Shown one piece after another: positions 12,178 to 22,067 of a DNA stretch of 64,000 bases (the stretch's first letter is position 1; the number at the start of each line of letters is the position of its first letter). Source of the DNA: Tricharina praecox. Its lineage: Eukaryota. Position numbers and translations under genes: made by a program. The stretch spans positions 1,116,001 to 1,180,000 of the forward strand of contig NW_026250405.1 in NCBI RefSeq assembly GCF_024521635.1, written 5' to 3'. The notes beneath the pieces were generated by a model. The model saw only the letters and a list, made by a program, of their open reading frames with translations. It was not told where the DNA came from and made no database searches.

Positions 12178-13610
12178 TTACTGGTCGGCCATAGGCGATC
12201 TGGTTGCTCCACAGTGTTTCTCTACAGCCCAGCAGGATCGAAAACAGCTATATCGCAGTCAGTATTCGACTGTTTCTCAGTGAGTAGGTATTCGCCTGTT
12301 TCGCTCGACTAGACACTCGTTGGGACCCCCACGATATACTCATTCCACTGGGCACGTCGCTGGCCTCGCCCTGCCTCGCCCTGCCTCGCCTTGCCTCGCC
12401 CGGCCTCGCCCGGCCTCGTCTTGCCACAAAAACAGCGATTTGGGCATCCCATAGCCCAAGAGCACCCTCGAATAGCGGTACCACATGAAACATTATGTGA
12501 TAAAAACGATTACCGTAAGTGCGGAGACAGATGTCGTCATCCGGTAGCCAAACGATGAGAATTCGCTGAGCAGCGCCCTCCAGTACCAGCAAAACAGCGA
12601 TTTGACCTCGCCCAGCCCAAGAGGACCTCAAATGCAGTCCCACGACGTCGTCTCGCTCGTAGGGGGCGGTACCCTCTCACAGACCTGCGTCCTGGTAGTC
12701 CCTGCCCAACCTCTCGCTCGGTGGTAGGAGCGCCCTGCCACAATCCTGCGACCTCGTCTCGCTGCGTGACGGGAGTCCTCTGCCACATTCCTGAGACCTC
12801 GTCTCACTCGGTGGTGGGAGTGCTTTGCCAACGTCCTGAGTAGAGAAACAATAACAGCAAGTCCTGTACCGCGTCCCTGACAGCGAATCCAGTACAGAGC
12901 CGGTAATGGTAACTAGGATTGGCTAGCGAGTATGAGTTTCTTTGCCGTTTTCTGGGCTCACCTACAAACTAAAGCCACATTATCTCACCAGAAATCAAAT
13001 GCCGTCACGGCGTTTGAGTTTCTGGTCTGAGCTAGTGTGTTTAGGGGAACAGTCAGATTATCCTGACTGTTTCTCTCGACCATAGGCTCGTTGAAATACC
13101 CAAGGTACGCACATTCCACTCCGCGTATCGTTCTGTGGGTCAGACGCAATTTACTGGTCGGCCGTAGGCGATCTAGTTGCTCCACAGCCCAGCAGGACCA
13201 AAAATTGCTATATCTCAGTCAGTATTCGCCTGTCTCTCTCGACCAGACACTCGCTGGAATCCCCAAGGTGAATTCATTCCAGACTCTTCGCTTGCCTCGC
13301 CCTGCCTCCCCCTACCTCTCCTTGCCTCCCCCTACTTCGCCCTGGCTCGGCCTTGATCGGCCCGATCCCTCGACTATTCCCTAGCCTCTCCCTCGAGTAT
13401 TCATTCCCTCAAATCGTCCATGCCCTCGCCCGTGAGTACCCATTCCCTCGACTCTTCACTGGACTCGCCCTACCTCACCCCGCCTCGCCCTACCACCGAA
13501 ACAGTGATTTCAGCCACCCCAGCCCAAGAGCCACATTAAATAGCGGTTTCACAGAGAACTTTGTATGACCAATATGATTTTACTATGCATGAGGATGGAT
13601 GTCGTTGCGG
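12178..13610. repeat. Diverged direct repeat: about 12178-12545 vs about 13151-13610
   Basis: Both copies start TTACTGGTCGGCC(A/G)TAGGCGATCT..TTGCTCCACAG and share CCCAGCAGGA, CAGTCAGTATTCG, AGACACTCG, a CCTCGCC tract, AGCCCAAGAGC and AATAGCGGT. Confidence 0.8.
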
Positions 13611-13767
13611 TTTCAAAACTCCTGGCTACAAATGGTGTGTACTTTAAAGCAAGCGAGTGATACATGTTTTTTTTTTGTTTGATCATTGATTGCATGCGAC
13701 TTAGCTAGATCATGGCAATATCACCCTGTCCACCCCCCGTTTCCACGCCACTGTCCAACCCAGCTTG

Positions 13768-14106
13768 TGTAACGGCACGGTCGGGCTAGGCTCCAGGTAG
13801 CGAAGACAGGTGGGCAGGTGAACAGAAATTGGGCTGGGCGAGGGCGAGGCGAGACCGGGAAACGAGGCAAGACAGGACACAGTGCAGACGGCAACTGAGA
13901 AACAAGGGTGGAGACAGGAACTACGGCACAGACGGCAGCCAAGGCAAAGACAGAGGTAACAGTTGTTGTATTAACAAGTTGTTGCGTGAAGAACTAAATA
14001 CAGAGGGGCAATGGCCCATTTATATAGAAAATCCTCCACTTCTTCCCGCAACATGATAATGAGCATGGGCGTGTGCAAGACCCTGACAAATCCACCTTGC
14101 CGGTAC
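13768..14106 (-). mobile_element. Family-A LTR fragment (divergent U5 variant), interrupted by a family-B LTR
   Basis: Starts TGTAACGGCACGGTCGGG; contains GTTGTTGCGTGAAGAACTAAAT and the TATA region; breaks at 14106. Confidence 0.88.
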
Positions 14107-14244
14107 TATGACACCCCGATAGGTATCGGAGGTCACGACAGTCGCAAGAGATGTGATTAGATAGTTTGGGTGATTAGAATAGAGTTGCGAGCCGAAGGGA
14201 TAGTTAGAAGCGATCAAGGACAAGATAGGAAGGAGGAAGCAAAC
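14107..14244 (+). mobile_element. Family-B LTR 5' fragment, interrupted by element E1
   Basis: T(A)TGACACCCCGATAG...GGAAGGAGGAAGCAAAC is the reverse complement of the ends of the B LTRs finishing at 20912, 47893 and 55229. Confidence 0.88.
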
Positions 14245-14793
14245 TGTCACGGCTCGCGACGGGACGTTCGAGGAAGAGTCGGAACAGGGGTGGGAAGGCA
14301 GCGCGGGGGCAGTGCAAGGGGCTGCGTGGGCGGCAATGCAGGAATGAGCCGGAGGAATTGGGGCTGTGTGCAGTAAGCAGGGGTAGTGCGGCTGCGCAGG
14401 GTATGAGTCACGGAAGCGGGGTACTGGCAAGGTGGATTTCTCAGGGTCTGGCACACGCCCACGGTTAGTGTCAGGTTGCGAGAAGAAGTGGAGGGTTTCC
14501 TATATAAACGGGCCGTTGCCCCTCTGTACTTAGTTCTTCACGCAACAACTTGTTAATTCAATCACTGTTACCTCTGTCCTTGCCTCGGCTGCCGTCTGCG
14601 CCGTAGTCCTTGTCCCTGCCTCTGTTCCCAGTTGCCGTCTGCACTGAGTCCTGCCTCACCTGGTCCCCTGAACCCGTCTTGCCTCTGCTGAACCCAGAAC
14701 CCGATCCCCAGCCCGACTTCGCTACCTGGAGCCTTGCCCGACCGTGCCGTTACACTTTGTTGCGTCGCCCATCTCTCCACCTAGCGAAGAACC

Positions 14794-15984
14794 ATGGCCA
14801 CCAATACCCCAGCACCAGACCCTCCCCAGCAGGAGGAAGTACTGGTGGCACCCCCCTACTGTCGAGAAATTCTCGCCACCGTCTACGAACAACTCGAGAT
14901 CATCGTTAACCACGACTCACCCGCCGACAATGCAACACTGTCGGGGTTGTATAACCAGTTCCAAATCATAGCCTGTGCAATCACCCAATCCCCCACAGCA
15001 GCACCCACCTGGCGAATAGACGACCTCGAAGAACAACTTGCCAACTCCCGTCGTATCGCCAACCGTCTCGCCACACTAGAAACCCAACCCCAGGGCCGCG
15101 CCGAGCGCGTCCCGGAGCCAGCCATGTTCGATGGCACTCGAGAGAAGCTCGAAGGGTTCGTTGCCCAGCTTCGACTCAAACTATACAGCGACCCTACCCG
15201 TTTCCCGTCCCCAGCACTCAGAATGGCCTACACCTTCAACCGTCTCGAAGGCCGTGCCCAAGCCCAGATACTGCCGTACATCCAGAACAACGTGATCAGC
15301 TTGACCGACGCCGATGCCATGGTCACCATCCTCGAAAACGCCTTCGGCGATCCCGACCCAGCAGCCACCGCACGCGCCGAACTTCACCGCCTCAAGCAAG
15401 GAAACAAGGACTTTACGTCTTACTTTGCGGAGTTTCAAAGACTCGTGTCCAAGCTGAACTGGGACGAGCATGCCAAACTCGACGCACTCCGCGAAGGAGT
15501 CTCCATTGAGCTCCACCGACAACTGGTGGGCCGCACTCAGGGACTCACCTACAACCAGTTCGTGGCTCTCTGCCAGAGCCTAGATTCCGAGCTACGTTCC
15601 CTGCAACTCCGTGAAGGCCGCCGCAACCCCCCGCGACAAAACCCCACCCCGCAACCCCCAGCTCCGCCGAGGAATCAAACCCATAACAGTACACCACCGG
15701 CAACCACTGCAACCGGAACAGCCCCAGGGGCTATGGACCTCAGCGCGAACAGTCGCAAGATCTCTGATCAAGAACGAGCTGCGCGTCTCCGCGAGGGTCG
15801 CTGCCTATACTGTGGAGGCAGTGGCCACATGGCCCGACACTGCCCGAACAAGAATCGGAACCCTTTTCGTGCCGCAGCTGCACAGCTGACGCACGAGCAA
15901 CCTGGAACCCTGACCCCCGACCACCCATACCACAATTGCAACCAGAATTGTGGCGACAACCAAGGGCAGTCGGGAAAAGCCTAG
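14794..15984 (+). CDS. gag: Gag of E1 (396 aa; capsid domain, CX2CX4HX4C knuckle)
   Basis: Intact ORF; PAMFDGTREKLEGFVAQL, LKQGNKDFTSYFAEF, CLYCGGSGHMARHC. Confidence 0.93.
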   Translation: MATNTPAPDPPQQEEVLVAPPYCREILATVYEQLEIIVNHDSPADNATLSGLYNQFQIIACAITQSPTAAPTWRIDDLEEQLANSRRIANRLATLETQPQGRAERVPEPAMFDGTREKLEGFVAQLRLKLYSDPTRFPSPALRMAYTFNRLEGRAQAQILPYIQNNVISLTDADAMVTILENAFGDPDPAATARAELHRLKQGNKDFTSYFAEFQRLVSKLNWDEHAKLDALREGVSIELHRQLVGRTQGLTYNQFVALCQSLDSELRSLQLREGRRNPPRQNPTPQPPAPPRNQTHNSTPPATTATGTAPGAMDLSANSRKISDQERAARLREGRCLYCGGSGHMARHCPNKNRNPFRAAAAQLTHEQPGTLTPDHPYHNCNQNCGDNQGQSGKA

Positions 15985-18900
15985 ACCAACAACTGCTTGA
16001 TGGCACCGTTGTTGGTCGTACCCAGGATAAGTCTTTTTCTCCCTTTTCTACTCATTTTCGTTTGTCCAATTTGTCAGTGTCTGGGATGGTAGTGGAGGAA
16101 TCATCAATGGAAGGAAAACATCTCGTTGTACTATGTAACCTTTCGTTTGGTGACAAAACCATTGCCACGCATGCGCTGATCGATTGTGGAGCAACCGGAA
16201 TCGCCTTTGTAGATAAAGACTTCGCCCGCCATCACAACCTACCCCTTGTACCCCTTGAATCCCCGCGCGCCCTTGAGGTCATCGACGGCCGCCCCATCGA
16301 GTCCGGCGACATCACACACGTTGCCACCACCACCCTGTCAATCCAAGAGCACCACGAAGAACTCCCAATGTTCGTCACCAAACTGGGGCACTACCCAATC
16401 GTACTCGGAATTCCCTGGATGGACCTACACGACGTGGCCATCCGATTCAGCTCACGCACCCTCACCTTTGGTTCCCAATATTGCACAGCACACTGCAATA
16501 CGGTACCCACAGTAGCCCACGGTATCACCACAGACCCACCGGAACTACCTTACGCTCTCGCACCATACGTAGCTCTGGAGGAGCCAGCGGTAAGCGCGGG
16601 GGCCGGCGACATCGTGGCCCGATGCGTTACGTCTCCAGAGATCAATGAACACCAGCAGGATGCTAACCAGAGAAAACCCACGGTCAGAATCTCAGCCCTC
16701 CGAATGAAGCCTTTCCAGCAGATGGCAGGAAAGGAGAACCTCACCATCTTCACCACGACCCTGAGGGAGATCAATGAAGTTCTATCTGAAGAAAAACAGA
16801 GCTCAACCGCCCACATTCCCCCCGAATATCACGAATTTCTCCACCTCTTCTCCGAAAGGTTGGCGCAGATCCTACCACCCCATCGGCAATACGACCACAA
16901 GATCCCACTAAAGGAAGGATTTGTGCCCCCTTACGGACCCCTCTATTCGCTCTCGAAAACCGAGCTGGTCGCACTCAAGGAATGGCTTGACGACAATCTG
17001 AGCAAGGGATTTATCCGTGTGTCCTCATCACCAGCGGCATCACCGATCCTGTTTGTCAAAAAATCGGACGGCTCCTTGCGACTGTGTGTGGACTATCGAG
17101 GCCTGAACGAAGGAACCATCAAGAACCGCTACCCACTTCCCCTGCTCCAGGAAACCTTGATGCGACTGTCCGGTGCAAAGTATTTCACAACACTGGATAT
17201 CCGCGGTGCTTACAACCTGGTACGAATGGCAGAAGTGGAGGAATGGAAAACGGCCTTCCGGACCCGCTACGGACTTTTCGAATCATTGGTAATGCCTTTC
17301 GGGCTAACCAATGCGCCAGCCGACTTCCAAGCCTTGATCAACGACGTTTTACGACCGTTCCTGGACGACTTCTGTACCGCCTTCCTAGATGACGTCTTTA
17401 TCTACAGCGCATCACTGGAAGAACACCAAAAAGAGGTCACCAAAGTGCTACGCGCCCTTTCATCGGCCGGACTGCACTTAAAACCGGAGAAATGCCACTT
17501 CCACCAGACGGAGGTCAAATACCTGGGCCTGATCATAACCACGGAGGGTATTAAGATGGATCCTGCCAAAGTCTCTTGCGTACTCGAATGGGAAAAACCG
17601 ACGACGGTAACGGATGTGCAATGTTTCTTGGGCTTTGCGAACTTCTACCGACGCTTTATCCAGGACTACTCTAAGGTGGTATCTCCCCTGACGGCAATGA
17701 CAAAAAAGGAAAATGGGAAGTACGTCCCCTTCGAATGGGGTATTGACCAACAGCAAGCCTTCGACACTCTCAAGACTGCCTTCACTACTGCCCCGATACT
17801 CCGACATTTCGACTACGACCGAGAAATAGTGGTGGAAACTGATGCCTCGGATTACGTATCGGCCGGTATTCTCTCCCAGTACGACGACGATGGAATCTTG
17901 CATCCGGTTGCCTTCTATTCAAAGAAACACTCCCCGGCGGAATGCAATTACGAAATCTACGACAAAGAATTGTTGGCAATCATTCGGGCCTTTGAGGAAT
18001 GGAGACCACACCTTGAAGGAGCCGCGCACCCGATCCAAGTCCTGAGCGATCACAAGAACTTGGAATACTTCATGTCAACCAAGTTGCTCAACCGCCGGCA
18101 AGCACGATGGTCGGAATTCCTGTCCCGTTTCGACTTCAAAATTGTCTATCGACCTGGTAAAGCAGGAGGGAAACCGGATGCATTGACAAGGAGGTCAGGA
18201 GACCTCCCTAAGGAGGGGGATGAAAGACTGCTGGCAAACCAACAAGCAGTCCTCAAGCCCCAAAACCTGCCGGAAGAATTGAGATTGTCAGCAACCAACC
18301 CGTTGGAAGTACCCCGTCCCGCACTCTCTACCCTGATAACCGAAGCATATCAGGCAGATCCAGCACCGAACAAGATCCTCCAACTGCTCAGAAACGGAAC
18401 ACGCCACTCCAAGGACATCTCGCTCGCCGATGTCACGGCACGGTCGGGCATGGCTCCAGGTAGCGAAGTCGGGCTGGGGATCGGGTTCTGGGTTCGGTAG
18501 AGGCAAGACATGTTCAGGGGACAAGATGAGGCAGGACTCAGTGCAGACGGCAACTGAGAACAGAGGCAGGGACAAGGACTACGGCGCAGACGGCAGCCGA
18601 GGCAAGGACAGAGGTAACAGTGATTGAATTAACAAGTTGTTGCGTGAAGAACTAAATACAGAGGGGCAACGGCCCGTTTATATAGAAAATCCTCCACTTC
18701 TTCCCGCAACCTGACAATGACCGTGGGCGTGTGCCAGACCCTGAGAAATCCACCTTGCCAGTACCCCACTTCCGTGACTCATACCCTGCGCAGCCGCACT
18801 ACCCCTGTTTCCTGCACACAGCCCCAATCTCCTGCGGCTCATTGCTGCGCTATCCCTGCTCCCTGCACACAGCCCCAAATCCTCTGCGACTCATCCTTGC

Positions 18901-20043
18901 ACTGCCGGTGCACTGCCTCTGCACTGCCCCCCAACTCTCCCGATCCTTGTGCCGACCCTCCCTTCGTCATTCCATCGCGAGCCGTGACAGCCGACTGCAG
19001 CGAAGTCAACGGACAATTACATTACCGCGGTTGCCTCTACGTTCCTGAACACGACCCACTCAGACTTCGCCTGATCCAGGACCACCACGACCCGCCGGCT
19101 ATGGGCCATCCCGGAAGAGCAAAAACCTTGGAACTCCTGGCCCGGAACTACTACTGGCCCCAGATGCGGAAGGACGTTGACCGATTCGTGAGGAACTCCC
19201 ACACTTGCAGACGAACCAAAGCAACAAGACACGCCCCCTACGGTGTGCTCCGCCCACTCCCAGTACCCGAGAAACCCTGGCAACATATATCCATCGACTT
19301 CGTAACCGGACTCCCTCCCTCAAAAGGATTCGATGCCATTTGCGTATTTGTGGACCGCCTCCTATGCGATATTTGAAGCCCACGGCCACCCACACATTGC
19401 TGATGCGCCGCAAATCCATCCGTCGTCGCTGCAGTCACCAAGCAACGACAGCTGCTCCCCTGCAACACGACCATCACCTCCGAGGGACTCGCCGAACTGT
19501 TCTGCGATCGGATCTTCAGATACCACGGACTACCTGACACCATCGTACCGGACAGGGGCCCCCAGTTTGCCTCACGATTTTGGAAAGATCTATGCTCTTG
19601 CCTCAAGATCGACGCACGGCTTGCCACAGCGTTCCACCCGCAGACAGACGGTCAAACAGAGAGGATGAATGCGGTAATGGAACAACACCTCCGGGCATAC
19701 GTGAGCTACCTGCAGGACGACTGGGTCGACTACCTATTCTTAGCAGAGTTCGCTGGCAACAACCAGGCATCCGACACCACTACCCTGTCCCCGTTTTTTG
19801 CTAACCTAGGCTACCACCCCCGTTGCGACTTCGAGCTTGACATCCGAACCGACACGAACGAAGAGCGACAGGCGCAGACAGCGGCAGAGCGACTCCAGCA
19901 GATCCACGACGTTGCCCGAAGTGAGATGCGCTACGCCCAAGCACGGCAGCAGGACAACATGGACCAGCACCGAACCCCCGCACCGGCCTTCCAGCCTGGA
20001 GATATGGTATGGGTGGACGGCCGAAACTGCCGGACGGAGCGAC
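15972..20043 (+). pseudogene. pol: Pol of E1 (-1 frame relative to gag), disrupted
   Basis: LIDCGAT protease, [11 protein letters not shown] / [10 protein letters not shown] / FLDD RT, ETDASD RNase H, integrase zinc finger and core. Broken by a solo LTR (18431-18989), a 75-bp insert (19362-19436) and a C LTR at 20044. Confidence 0.93.
18431..18989 (-). mobile_element. Solo family-A2 LTR (559 bp), antisense inside E1 pol
   Basis: TG...CA ends; 5-bp TSD GCCGA at 18426-18430 and 18990-18994; pol resumes (ADCSEVNG...). Confidence 0.96.
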
Positions 20044-21288
20044 TGTGAGACTGGAACGATTTCGGTCGTCGGAGCCGATTGATAGAATGGGGTTTAGAAT
20101 GAAAATAGATAGTATTCTTTTCACAAGCGGAATAATCTTAAGGGGTAGTGTCGATGGTTTTCTGGTTGCTGATTCTGATGATGAATCTTTCGCCGTGTCG
20201 TCGGAAGTCTATATAGTTGGGTGTGAGACTGGAACGAGTTTGTGTCGTCGGAGTCTATGGTAATATCGAGTGCAGAATAAAAGTCAGGGATTTCGATAAT
20301 TCACAACGGAATAATCTTAAGGGTGTTTCTTCGATGGTTTGTTCGGTGCGATGATTGTGGTTTGGTTCGGTTTGCCTGCTCGGTTCGACTTATAGTCGTT
20401 CCGATCCTCAGCACGTGATTCCTCTAGAGTGCGGCCTAACGTAGCTCCGTTGCTTCCTTTGCATCGGAGTTCCGCGGCCTAGCCTCGAGTCGTCGTCAGC
20501 TCTCTTCGGATAGTCTTCTCGACTAGGCAGGTGGTAAACACCACGCGCCCAAGATAGATCGGAGTTTCCGAGCAATTATCTCCCTCATGCGCCGGCAGAG
20601 TTCTTCGCTCGAAGTTGTCTGCCCCCATCGGTCGATGTTCGATTCTCTCGTCATAACAGTTTTTCCCTGGATCGGAGTTCCTACTGCGGGGCCCTATGAA
20701 CGGAGATCTCAAAGTCCTCTGGACTGTTATCCCGATCTCCCGTATCTCCGATCACTGTCTAGACTCTGGAATCCGTTTGCTCCCTCCTTCCTATCTTGTC
20801 CTCGATCGCTTCTAACTATCCTTTCGGCTCGCAACTCTATTCTAATCACCCGGACTATCTAATCACATCTCTTGCGAACGTCGTGTCCTCCGATAGCTAT
20901 CGGGGTGTCACATTGGGTGATTTGGTCGGGTCACGTGCCAGCCGTTGCCGTAGCTTGTTGCCGGATGGAACCCTGGCGTGAAATCTCTGCACCTGGTGCG
21001 GAGACTTTCTCCGCCATGTCATCAGAGTCGTCGTAAGCCTTCAGGATAGTTTATACAAACTAGGCAGGTATGGCGCACCAATCCTTACCCGAGCATAGTC
21101 CGGTTTCAGCTATCTTTTCGCTGGGCAACGGCCGCGCCTTTCGGCACGGCTCTTATTTGCTTAAGACGCGAGAAGAGAGGCAACACTCGTCATAGTGGTT
21201 TTTCTCCGATCAGAGTTTTTCTCTGCGTTTGTTCGCGATTCGCCTGCCTCAAGTCGAGCATGACTGTATCGGACTTTTCGTGTGTATC
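20044..21288 (-). mobile_element. Family-C LTR (partial), split by a solo B LTR and ended by the mini-element
   Basis: TGTGAGACTGGAACGATT start; 20044-20221 plus 20913-21288 match the reverse complement of LTR 57819-58555. Confidence 0.92.
20222..20912 (-). mobile_element. Solo family-B LTR (691 bp)
   Basis: TGTGAGACTGG...GGGGTGTCACA; TSD TTGGG at 20217-20221 and 20913-20917. Confidence 0.96.
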
Positions 21289-21659
21289 TGTAATACAGTA
21301 CACTGGGAAAGTACTATACCACTCGACCAAAAGGTATTTTGATGGCTGATGGCCATCATCCCAGTAGCTACTTAAAGCCGGATTTCTGAACTGTGACAGT
21401 ATCCCCTCTTTAGGGGCTTACTCCAGGAAGCCTTCAAGTAGTTAACCCCCAATGAGTGATAATTCATGATAGGAATCATGAACCGTCACTCACTGTAAGC
21501 CATGCAATTCCTGAACAACGCTGCAGCAGAGGAATGTAACTGCTCGCAGTGAAAATTGAACTCATGACCTTTGCAGCCATCAAACTGTAATAAAGTACAC
21601 TGGGAAAGTACTATACCACTCGACCAAAAGGTATTTTGATGGCTGATGGCCATCATCCC
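21289..21659 (-). mobile_element. Non-coding mini LTR retroelement (TRIM-like); 5' LTR cut by E2
   Basis: 110-bp TG...CA repeat at 21289-21398; second copy at 21586-21659 (one mismatch in 74 nt); 187-bp internal region; minus-strand PPT AAAGAGGGGATAC abutting the 3' LTR. Confidence 0.85.
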
Positions 21660-22067
21660 TGTAACGGCACGGTCGGGCAAGGCTCCAGGTAGCGAAGTCG
21701 GGCTGGGGAACGGGTTCTGGGTTCGGTAGAGGCGAGACGGGTTCGGGGAACAAGGTGAGGCAGGGCTCAGTGCAGACGGCAACTGAGAACAGAGGCAGGG
21801 ACAAGGACTACGGCGCAGACGGCAGCCGAGGCAAGGACAGAGGTAACAGTGGTTGAATTAACAAGTTGTTGCGTGAAGAACTAAATACAGAGGGGCAACG
21901 GCCCGTTTATATAGAAAATCCTCCACTTCTTCCCGCAACCTGACAATGACCGTGGGCGTGTGCCAGACCCTGAGAAATCCACCTTGCCAGTACCCCACTT
22001 CCGTGACTCATACCCTGCGCAGCCGCACTACCCCTGTTTCCTGCACACAGCCCCAATCTCCTGCGAC

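Larger units (their letters stand above)
14245..20043 (+). mobile_element. E1: Ty3/gypsy family A1 element, 3'-truncated by nested insertions
   Basis: 5' LTR 14245-14754 (TGTCAC...GTTACA, TATATAA at 14501), gag, then PR-RT-RH-IN order; cut within the integrase C-terminus at 20043. Confidence 0.95.

Noticed and set aside
14755..14775. tRNA primer-binding sites or tRNA genes
   Set aside because: No TGG follows any 5' LTR and no cloverleaf was recognised; self-complementarity explains these sites better.
16180..17395. DCG protease and FLDD/FIDD RT motifs as signs of inactivity or novelty
   Set aside because: They are shared by nearly all family-A copies including the youngest (E5 has DSG), and such variants occur in other Ty3/gypsy elements.
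19362..19436. Spliceosomal intron in pol
   Set aside because: No GT-AG on the coding strand; the minus-strand GT..AG would not restore the original sequence.
21284..21403. GTATC on both sides of the 110-bp repeat read as the TSD of a solo LTR
   Set aside because: The sequence after 21403 is the mini-element PPT and interior, not the continuation of the host C LTR (GCTGCGCC...). The match is coincidental or reflects microhomology.
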